61,145 nt of DNA from a virus, in the IMG/VR virus record IMGVR_UViG_3300045988_167077, positions 1 through 61,145 of that record. The stretch is one strand, 5' to 3'. Shown here one piece after another: positions 44,701 through 48,663 of the stretch. The translations under genes and the position numbers were made by a program. Under the pieces are notes generated by a model. It ran no database searches and was not told the DNA's origin. It was given only the letters and a program-made list of their open reading frames with translations. The first letter of the stretch is position 1. Each line of letters begins with the position of its first letter.

Positions 44701-46107
44701 GGTTTCACGCAACTCAATACCGTCGATGACTTCAAGCGCGACATTGACCGGTTCTCCAGGGAGATGAAGCAGGGACAGGTGATGAAAGTCTCAACTAAAG
44801 TCTGGAACGGCATCTGGGACGGCATCGAATACATGAACAGGTGCGCTGAGGATGCGACAAGGTTTTCAGTGTATATGACATCCCGCCAGATGGGGCGTAG
44901 CGTGGAAAGGAGCATCAGTGACGCAAAGGAGATTACGGTCAACTTCAACAGGAAAGGAAGCGGAGGATTCGGAGCCAGGTTGATGAACTTTGCATATATC
45001 TTCTTCAATGCTGCAGTCCAGTCGCTTGCCAATGCCGGAAAGATAATGTACGAACACCCTATGAAGGCGCTTGCCGCCCTTGGGGCATTCTCGGCTGCCG
45101 GCTTTATGGCTCCGCTTCTGGCGCAGGCGATCATATCCGCATTTGGAGGAGATGACGACGCCTATTGGGATTTGCCGGAGTGGGTACGCAGGAACAATTT
45201 TGTCTTCTATATCCCATGGAGTGAAAACAAGTTCCTTATCATTCCGATTTCCCAGGAGCTCCGTCCTTTCTATGCCATGGGCGAGATTGCGATGTCAGTG
45301 CTGATGGGCAAGGAGGAAGTCCTTGACGGATTGAAGAGCGCTGCCGGAAGTTTTATGGACCTTCTCCCTATAGACTTCATGGGGAATGGCGGAAACCTTG
45401 CGATTAGCCTTACACCTACGGTTGCACAGCCTTTCGCGCAATTGGTCGCCAATACCGATTATTTCGGAAGCCCGATTTACAGACGCAACGACTACAACAA
45501 ATTGGACCCGGCATGGACGAAGGCCTACAAGGGTACCAGTCCGATGCTGGTCAATGCGTCCAAGTGGCTGAATGAAGTGACGGGAGGAGATGATGTCAAG
45601 AGGGGATGGATAGATCCTATAAATAATCCTGCAGTCATCGAACATCTGTTTGAAAGTTATTTGGGTGGAACAGGCAAGACCATTAACAGGGCCGCAAAGA
45701 CATTCTCGATGATATGGAATCCGGACATGCGTGACATCAGGAACGTCCCGATTGCAAGCACCTTCATTCAGGAATCCGATGATGAAAGGGTCGCCGGCAA
45801 TCAGTTGAACCGGGAATACTTCAAGCTCATGGACGAGTTCAAAGAGACTAGCCACACCGTCTCCGGATACAAGAAGAAGGCGAGGATGGGCTCAATGGAA
45901 TATGCGGACAAGTTGAATGAGTTCATGGAGACCCCTGATTTTGAGAGGTACTCAAAGGCCAGAGGCTATGCCAATACGATTTCCAAATTGAGGCAGGCTT
46001 TGAAGAGAGCCCAGGAGAGCGGGGAAGATGTGATGGTCGAAGAAAACCTCCAGCAGATCCTCCATGACCTCAAGCGGCAAATGGTCGAAGAACTCAAGGA
46101 ACAGTGA
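29746..46107 (+). CDS. Giant polyvalent protein (5,453 aa): PPase-like, nucleotidyltransferase, N6-adenine MTase, SNF2 helicase, HExxH metallopeptidase, two nuclease-like modules and a C-terminal TM region
   Basis: Single stop-free 16,362-nt frame with ATG start. Multiple catalytic motif sets were read directly; see the domain sub-features. Confidence 0.9.
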   Translation: MNDNKRKLYDALSNDYDMGTYEQFRKDLEDKDKRRKLYDATSDAYDFGDYDQFEAQLGYGQSQSAPSAEEINSGSAGPVMPKPAMENRNWEVQMGNGHSRATVEKPEPVDVPVPQRPEGQEPSDDGTAASSGDVRSYLENANRQQVANLSRDISSRLDEAQTKSRDIYMKEQEDARKGGFLSTLAHAIAASGHNPEGRSGGMSDAQQRSLQGANSELQSEISKLEAAKKAMSNAEEIIAEADKSVQEGKFPGFFKGVARGFGDKLFDVNTWDMGVSDTKNSIELLKALRKYDEGKPLSESEQMLLDAKSVELATNAYFGSYIGRGYKAGAVTAQSLPFMLEMAVNPASTLGESTQSMLARYALSRFAKKGATRAAQKFATKAAGAAGRALGDIAGSAVMAGTSGAVRVAGDAIDRHVGDIKTDMDGQGQTVFAGHDPESLGKSIAKAFTSTAIENHSEMLGEYFAPALGIVSKLGRKGMEKFGLKNVVDFVDDVSATDAAKLIADFQKRTKWHGTIGEYAEEVAGNIENAILVGDNTLDASDDTGVFNLDQNIDTFLGVALMGGVFSTARTIGWRTPKYRARMEMEEARNKARTKYGSEAWQEIEDRMAEAGDSGMSAVLSTVIAGENSPEKAKALLDYAKSIKKYEGMLAGDEKRREIASPEATDLETSYENGYTLSTPQEVHDAKLMFEYQEAMLQKALGTSDIDIDTIMLGNEMGTLTDEQKSVAMDYLNAKATFDGVIDRVRDDIDSRISSVENAIDASTNRDTGMLQPASLVDDRPVHIISGIVRLTPDGTMVDTRNSENFIIVRDDKTGRMETISPSDINRLENEIDPSMEKQAARQQIQDVYGGREADSIDGVLAFNPGDTYTLTNGQGQSFPVQIVANEQGVADNGDGTVNVILNNDIDTQTGQPRITQMPKEQIQEMAEATNLSRLQQYEQQKLARAAEQAETDATGRTPENPFRINDRITLSDAETGKVENGVVGSELTDDGKYEVVVEKQDGSQSILYLSPSELEQLGARLEQPEAVEERNAPVLEQNQPVLEQNQPVLEQKTEKAEQESAMSRIPLDRDGVPQFEQAQPSDTWEALLELNSGNAVEAEDTARQMYENASKNLDKAQKTKPKSGTSVMEIQRNKAERNGQIDELRKSVDFWGKVLSFPEAVRKSASAAAEAEVRQKEDAKREAVRQAKENLAKGRKLMQQKGTYYKDDAKLGDYLDFHDYALRMIANGRVKFVWKNDADNNSIKGLGGHLGLEDSESERKALFSLLANQDKGGLRPDDAAEQLSEEYNSSLGAEVISSSEALDVILDIIRTYGGKTRDMMNAAIDAHAMAGMDERGHDEDNKSSEDKDNSKIAEGQESLPADAPLSNEINEFGVPFIESSDGTTVFGVLTDDSGLSPAPIKLSLGENAADKNGTNHGYGLLHIEAGHGDQIRAAGYSSIKDFVEDVARNYDTIREGGIVANNQTYLLELSDEHNNTLFIQLSRDGSYWNINSAGIFKKKYSRRKPEVFTRPALKTETDTDSGRVDSSRFSGATAPAGNSHQTSEGKDTNISEESNTGSEKSVAEQITEQREVVNTEPTEAQKEAGNYRMGHVKIDGMDVTIENPKGSIRRGTDADGKKWESEMHYDYGYIRGTKAVDNDHIDIFLSDNPETGNVFVVDQVNPKTGEFDESKVMYGFASEQEARDAYLSNYEKGWKGLGKITEVTREEFKKWIESSTRKTKPFSEYASVKVAEAQKEKSIQGLEGYSRDEIKGIVTDHINDVMRDYDIDAEIIGMDIHGSRNRHDARPDSDLDVVVEYSGDIREDDMFNALNGEEDALSIEGIKVDINPIRKEETGDLQDYMKQSEEYDREKSSADNQGNPVNEDSTPAGRAVKEEEKPAEVSAPAETETPKNEGAFGLVSDDRMAELKERLRKKLSGQLNMGIDPEILAIGMELAVGHIDRGVKTFADFSKKMIEDLGDVIRPYLKAFYNGARDLPEVIESGLSAEMTPYDEVRRFNVATIGENGEEKKPTILETAEQVSNELTVQRNADEVEVVVSETENTTNDVYSIAPAQYTTKRGKVLDMFLVKPNDELGTSEQRAANARVREMKGWWDKKAGGFMLRSEEDARQFVEQTFRNPIGTTASANEVQAAKTSLMSDTGSSRDEQEVNAAVGKTFKSKKGLILYVDRIDDGRVFYEITDIDGTTERYDTSIPAMADALQRWEEVTVTDNNNNNETDRTAAEQAAENKQPKNSTKKKKSVSLHTEVDDLFSGLFDEETLNSKDNENGLQRNDAVRSEGLSADGGKHTERLSEGSEKDSGSEPQERSGLNAGRKGTGVEADRSVRPRLSDTVEELAPSEHKNTHNNHSERGENHAPTSIDARIEANIKAIELAQQLIDSGEQATEKQMQVLRKFSGWGGLGKAFSDSLYSVQLQNILGAEAYQDAVMSANSAYYTPAYIVDTLWDIAEQLGFKGGNILEGSAGIGNILGQMPINISERSDIHAIEIDGTSGNILSLLYPDAKVDIQGFEQTRIPNGSVDLAITNVPFVTGLRVNDTTGDKDLSKKFHNIHDFCIAKNVRKLREGGLGIFITSNGTLDNSKQLRDWIVSEGGADFIGAFRMNNKTFGGTGVTSDIIVIRKRMNGRKSSNAIDVSTITGERSVEYDTGDTRKVKGQTVPVIKHLAMDYNRYFVEHPENMAGVMQFAFEQGDNFRPTAKGLYPEKGKNQERMLSDFVSSFKEETDTPAASDESNRTDNGYVSDASADGRKLGELYVKDSKLVVAGIGGYSPLAVNDNKVKGHTKVECFKAYAAIKDALAEVLKYQTENESDSGLKPLLAKLNKAYDDFVSTYGHFNKNTAISFLHNDVDYANVFSLEKYEETGDKSGKRVQKFDKADVFSQRVVEKEKEPNPTNVKDGIIASVFKFGRIDVPYIANQLGRSVEDVKKEIISSGYGFEDPTTKQMELSYQYLSGNVREKLRQAEANNDNGEYDGNIKALQKVIPMDIPAHLIDFTLGSSWITPKLYEDYIKDRTDIDVKLTAAGGSWFMDTPYYVNNEKNRSMGVYSEVLHNTVLGHTLIEAAIQNKTITVSRTSKKWDGTTETITDKDATQACAAKIDEIRQDFKDWARQKMQSDSEMSDEMERIYNDTFNNYVPMSIPDEFVPEYFGGASHKFKMRPHQGKAIVRGTMQPLLLAHEVGTGKTFTLISTAMEMRRLGTARKPMIVVQNATVGQFVASAKELYPNAKILTLEEADRTADGRKNFYAKIRHNDWDMIVVPQSTFEFIPDSEERQMQFVQDKIEEKKAVLENMQDADPRGESMITRQAKKEISDLEAQLAELSESASKKRSASAEKKRAVTLQNAEVKALEMLDRRTDDVENFDDMGIDALLIDEAHEYKHLGFATAMQRGVKGVDSSYSKKSQGVYLKTQAVLENNNGRNVIFATGTPISNTAAEIWTFMRYLMPADTMKEYGIYYFDDFVRNFGNIQQMLEFNTNGKFKESNRFAGYVNLPELVRIWSGISDTVLTKEAGDVKDKIPDIEGGKAQDLYLPQTKALRSIMKFVKSELQRYEQMSGREKKENSHIPLTMYGIAKSAAVDARLVSDAEDDPNSKTNEAVRQTLRSLKETASYKGTVAIFSDNYQNKKTGFNLYDDIRNKLIAQGVPDDEVVVIRPGMTMKKKLEIFDKVNRGEIRVILGSTYTLGTGVNIQERLHTLIHLDAPNRPMDYTQRNGRILRQGNLHKAMGKPVRILRFGVEDSLDVTAYQRLKTKGAIADSIMNGKQMMANNMTNRVLEEEEDVFGDTIAQLSGSEYAMLKNNAEKNVRKFESRKKQWEADQTYIHNAKPKLKAQIAEAEKRAETNRKFRKAVEQAFPGGKFDSITAGKQTFSTAEEMADFFKEHNKVILDKMKQMKEGGDDSHTRELTVRIGDYSFKVRTVLKKDIGRNGGQLFSEVRRQMTYSCPELGLEDVPVYQNLLRNAIDDIVQNVITGKNYAERVEKAEADVKHYQSELKQVESREGVPFEYAAELEQARNQYEEYSELMKKEMEEKEAKYAEMDKDVEAASDISTSEEDDDDDLMRASDTMYRIRESAAPTIGVGLDVEAAAERLAESLGERVRIVRDVNEIENQNKNVQESQRKSKGWFNTRTGEIVVVLPNATGIEDVQATILHEAVGHKGLRELVGDDRFDDFLDKVYAAATKATRLEIVSLARRNHWDFRLATEEYIAGLAEKGFSGRENRTLFGKIKDFFLDMLSRAKIALGFNIGDNELRYMLWRTYQMRTSRGILAKANDMAVQQELKVGNFREDNSSPVSFLKQMQDNAETLVPRQLTKEIWDNEIKGKVFSTPIGVVKLGENQYEKNIKKGRELEFGMLIPTIERPDAIFEEDAPEAGAERQTKYVFVKSFVENGVKKINYASVSVRKDGMEVVASSHYLRDKQMLNKIEKERMLWNRFASGSELSAQGGSTAQSNALSLDANLLKGVKKTNSDEEILSGDDSRLRFRTSGNGGSSNTARDIYEEKTRVIDRNGRKSDTANLMRRLKEAYVDSMQSLKYLQDAISEETGKPVEDFENAYLAENSMSSKNKAQTDIYLNRFFNPIKDAIRDLQKEGAEYGDIVRYLMAKHGLERNEVFSKRDAEKDGGVWDGSVRRDYSGLTELTRRDTDTVAPRIDEITSRAEDIVRKFEMDHDTDVLWEKINAATKDTLRTSYITGMLTKDNYEMVRSMFRYYIPLRGWSENTASAVYDYLSDARPKTSSIVKAATGRTTISDDPIATIAYMGQSAIIQGNRNLMKQKLLNLALNHKTGLLTVSRQWEVLDPVTGMWTPRDPDIPADAAPEQVADIVADFEKDMKEAEKKGVARLSRGKLDTGKHLTAYEGQEHIIKVKRGGIDYSIYLNGNPRAAQAVNGMTNPDAVDSWLIRKARVIKNFMARMFTSQNPAFIISNLSRDVIFAGTAVYAKEDAKYAARYAKNITVALAKGQLIGLIHRFETDRLDNSKDLDRYFGEFIRNGGETGFTQLNTVDDFKRDIDRFSREMKQGQVMKVSTKVWNGIWDGIEYMNRCAEDATRFSVYMTSRQMGRSVERSISDAKEITVNFNRKGSGGFGARLMNFAYIFFNAAVQSLANAGKIMYEHPMKALAALGAFSAAGFMAPLLAQAIISAFGGDDDAYWDLPEWVRRNNFVFYIPWSENKFLIIPISQELRPFYAMGEIAMSVLMGKEEVLDGLKSAAGSFMDLLPIDFMGNGGNLAISLTPTVAQPFAQLVANTDYFGSPIYRRNDYNKLDPAWTKAYKGTSPMLVNASKWLNEVTGGDDVKRGWIDPINNPAVIEHLFESYLGGTGKTINRAAKTFSMIWNPDMRDIRNVPIASTFIQESDDERVAGNQLNREYFKLMDEFKETSHTVSGYKKKARMGSMEYADKLNEFMETPDFERYSKARGYANTISKLRQALKRAQESGEDVMVEENLQQILHDLKRQMVEELKEQ
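32845..32903 (+). repeat. In-frame 21-bp tandem repeat (2.8 copies) inside the giant ORF
   Basis: ccggttttggaacagaatcag x2 plus a 17-nt partial copy, encoding PVLEQNQ PVLEQNQ PVLEQK. Confidence 0.9.
33850..34260 (+). other. Giant-ORF domain: nuclease/toxin-like module 1 (PBECR-like, tentative)
   Basis: PIKLSLGEN...NHGYGLLHIEAGHGDQI...LFIQLSRDGSYWNINSAG. It is related to the module at 42690-43030. Confidence 0.4.
34483..34890 (+). other. Giant-ORF domain: family I inorganic pyrophosphatase-like
   Basis: VTIENPKGS..., YDYGYIRGT..DNDHIDIFL..., GEFDESKVMYGF and YEKGWKGLGKI parallel the E. coli Ppa blocks IEIPA, NYGYI..DGDPVDVLV, EDAKLVAV and EKGKWVKVEGW. Confidence 0.7.
34960..35250 (+). other. 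Giant-ORF domain: minimal (pol-beta fold) nucleotidyltransferase
   Basis: IHGSRNRHDARPDSDLDVVVEY is a GS...DxD nucleotidyltransferase signature. Confidence 0.7.
36820..37620 (+). other. Giant-ORF domain: N6-adenine DNA methyltransferase
   Basis: SAM motif ILEGSAGIGNILG (37111-37140) and catalytic VDLAITNVPF (37309-37326), an NPPF-type variant. Confidence 0.8.
39200..40960 (+). other. Giant-ORF domain: SNF2/DEAD-like superfamily 2 helicase
   Basis: Motif I HEVGTGKT, motif II LLIDEAHEYK, motif III FATGTPISN, motif V GTGVNIQ and motif VI QRNGRILRQGN. Confidence 0.85.
42050..42450 (+). other. Giant-ORF domain: zincin-like metallopeptidase
   Basis: TILHEAVGHKGLRE is an HExxH motif (42175-42192). 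Confidence 0.6.
42690..43030 (+). other. Giant-ORF domain: nuclease/toxin-like module 2 (paralog of 33850-34260)
   Basis: PIGVVKLGENQYEKN...YVFVKSF...INYASVSVRKDGMEVVASSHY has the same order of blocks as module 1. Confidence 0.4.
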
Positions 46108-46192
46108 CAGGTAAACAGATAAGAGAACAATATGCCCTCACGCCCATATTTTTGCGACAGGGCATATTGCTCATTGACTAAATACAATCACA

Positions 46193-48178
46193 ATGTCTGA
46201 CGATATAAGACGAAAGAGCCGCGTTAAGCCGCGGGATATAAGCGAGATGGATACTGTTGCCTTTTCAAAAAACCTGGGCGACAGCAGGCGTGCCTTTGAC
46301 ATCGTACTCGAGGCACAGCAGCATTACGACAACATGCGGCGTTTCCGCGAGGACAGGGAACGTTGCAAGCGATATACTTACGGTGATCAGTGGAAAGACA
46401 TCATTACGGTCGATGGAAAACAGATGACCGAAGAGGAATATATCAAGGGCGAGGGGCAGGTCCCTTTGAAAAACAATCTCATCAGGAGACTTGTCCGGAG
46501 CGTGCTCGGCGTCTATCGCAGCCAGTCAAAGGAACCGACCTGCAGTACGCGTGACAGGAACGAGCAGAAGCTGGGTGAGATAATGAGTACGGTGCTGCAG
46601 TGCAACATGCAGAGGAACCGTATGAATGAGATATATCCCGAGTCGCTGGAGGAATTTCTTATTAGCGGTCTTGTCGTGCATCATAAGAGCTTCGGATGGA
46701 TATCTGACAAGGGACTTGACTGCTGGACGCGTGTCGTTTCTCCGGATATGTTCTTTATGGATGCTTATTCGAGGGATATCCGCGGCTGGGATATCAGTTT
46801 TGTCGGAGAAATCCATGACATTGACTTCAATACACTTGTCGGACAATTTGCGCATTCGCCTGAAGACTACAGGCGTCTAGCCGATATATACTCTTCAGCT
46901 CATGCGAGAAACAGAGGCTTTGTGGCTACATTCTGCAATGAGTTCGGACATTACAGACGTTCTAACATTGATTTTCTCGTTCCTCAAGACATAACACGTT
47001 GTAGGGTGATAGAGGTCTGGAGAAAAGAGAGTAAACCACGCTATCGGTGCCATGATTATGCGGACGGAAGTTTTTACAAGGTGGAAGTCAATGATTACCA
47101 GGCGATGGTGGAGGACGAGAATACCAGAAGAATACAGAAAGCGACGAGTCTTGGAATCCCGAAAAGTGACGTCGCTCTCATCGAAGGCGAATGGAAGATG
47201 GACGAGTATTGGTATTACTATTACCTGACACCTTTCGGAGATATTCTGCAGGAAGGTGAGACGCCATATGATCATGGAAGTCATCCTTACGTGGTCAAGG
47301 CATATCCGTTCATTGACGGAGAGATACACAGCTTTGTTGCGGACTTCATAGACCAGCAGAGATATGTGAACAGGCTGATCACCATGTATGACTGGATAAT
47401 GCGCGCCAGCGCCAAGGGCCTGCTTATATTCCCGGAAGAGTGCCTTCCTGACGACTGGAACATCGAGGATGTGGCTGAAGAATGGCACAAGTTCAATGGT
47501 GTCATTGTTGTCAAGACTAAGAATAATCCTTCAGGCAAACTGCCTCAGCAGGTTGCCTCAAACAGCACCAACATCGGAATCTCTGAATTGCTAAACCTGC
47601 AACTCAAGTTCTTCGAGGATATCAGCGGTGTTAATGGCGCTCTACAGGGCAAACCGGGATATTCTGGTATCAGTGCGAGCCTATATGCCCAGCAGACTCA
47701 GAACTCCACAACCTCGCTGCTGGACTTGATGGAGAGGTTCAGTTCATTTGTTATCGATGCCGCATATAAGGACGTGAAGAACATCCAGCAGTTCTATGAT
47801 ACCAAGAGGTATGTGAACATAGCCGGAAAGGGCGGCGCGGAAGTGGTGTATGATCCTGACAAATTTGGTGGAGTTGAATTTAACCTCAGCATTGTTGAGA
47901 GCACTACATCACCGGTATACCGTGATCTGGCAAATGATTTCCTCATGGAGATATGGAAGTCCGGACAGATCAGTCTTGAACAGCTTCTTGAGCATGGAGA
48001 TTTCCGGTTTGCGGACAATCTCCTTCAGGATATCAAGGTCCAGAAGGAAGAACTTGCCAAAGGAAATGTCCCGGAGGGACTGTCCCCTCAGATGCAGAAA
48101 CAGGTGCAGGAAGGCGCCAACATGGGTGCCGTCAATACTTTGCATGATGCGATAAGTTCTGAGGCCATGAGAAGGTAG
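46193..48178 (+). CDS. Portal protein
   Basis: 661 aa. N-terminal RFREDRERCKRYTYGDQWKD (portal-type YxGxQW block). Its size and position beside the terminase operon fit a portal. Confidence 0.75.
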   Translation: MSDDIRRKSRVKPRDISEMDTVAFSKNLGDSRRAFDIVLEAQQHYDNMRRFREDRERCKRYTYGDQWKDIITVDGKQMTEEEYIKGEGQVPLKNNLIRRLVRSVLGVYRSQSKEPTCSTRDRNEQKLGEIMSTVLQCNMQRNRMNEIYPESLEEFLISGLVVHHKSFGWISDKGLDCWTRVVSPDMFFMDAYSRDIRGWDISFVGEIHDIDFNTLVGQFAHSPEDYRRLADIYSSAHARNRGFVATFCNEFGHYRRSNIDFLVPQDITRCRVIEVWRKESKPRYRCHDYADGSFYKVEVNDYQAMVEDENTRRIQKATSLGIPKSDVALIEGEWKMDEYWYYYYLTPFGDILQEGETPYDHGSHPYVVKAYPFIDGEIHSFVADFIDQQRYVNRLITMYDWIMRASAKGLLIFPEECLPDDWNIEDVAEEWHKFNGVIVVKTKNNPSGKLPQQVASNSTNIGISELLNLQLKFFEDISGVNGALQGKPGYSGISASLYAQQTQNSTTSLLDLMERFSSFVIDAAYKDVKNIQQFYDTKRYVNIAGKGGAEVVYDPDKFGGVEFNLSIVESTTSPVYRDLANDFLMEIWKSGQISLEQLLEHGDFRFADNLLQDIKVQKEELAKGNVPEGLSPQMQKQVQEGANMGAVNTLHDAISSEAMRR

Positions 48179-48191
48179 ATTAGTTATAAAC

Positions 48192-48232
48192 GCAATAGGC
48201 CGCATTAGCCAGAAACTAATGCGGCCTATTGC
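48192..48232. terminator. Bidirectional intrinsic terminator between portal and the convergent gene
   Basis: Perfect 17-bp stem gcaataggccgcattag / ctaatgcggcctattgc with loop ccagaaa, followed by tatttt. Confidence 0.75.
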
Positions 48233-48651
48233 TATTTTATAATTGTATTGGTGTTCCTCCTGACCTTGGAACTGGAGGATATTCTTCGTAGCCAGGCACT
48301 GCGCTTCCTTTTCCTGTCCCTGATGTCCCTGGCCCTACGTTTCTCGTACCACTCGTAGTACATGCGCAATTTGATGTCGCGCATGAAATCGTCAATCGCG
48401 TTCTTCTCCTGTCTGTCCGGCGTGAAATAGAAGCATTTCATTGTGACGTCATCCATTTTGACACTGGAGTCGATGTAGTGCTTTAGCCTCATCTGTCTGA
48501 AGTTCTTTCTGTCCGTGACAATGAGCCTGATTTTCCCACCTGCGTTGGGCATTACATAATAGCGGTTTCCGCATTCTGCATGAGCCTTGTCTGCTCTCCT
48601 GACTGCTTCGCGGTATTGCAGCCATGCATAAAAACTGACAAAAATGTTCAT
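48232..48651 (-). CDS. Hypothetical protein with a basic C-terminus
   Basis: 139-aa ORF downstream of the large terminase. C-terminal RRARDIRDRKRKRSAWLRR. Confidence 0.5.
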   Translation of the reverse strand: MNIFVSFYAWLQYREAVRRADKAHAECGNRYYVMPNAGGKIRLIVTDRKNFRQMRLKHYIDSSVKMDDVTMKCFYFTPDRQEKNAIDDFMRDIKLRMYYEWYEKRRARDIRDRKRKRSAWLRRISSSSKVRRNTNTIIK

Positions 48652-48663
48652 AATATAAAGTTA

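Noticed and set aside
30375-45855. Dozens of 60-304-aa minus-strand ORFs and off-frame plus ORFs inside the giant gene (for example 38956-39870, 43924-44712, 44340-45134)
   Set aside because: All are nested in a 16.4-kb frame that carries ordered catalytic motifs. They have Ser/Leu/Arg-rich shadow-ORF composition and no motifs.
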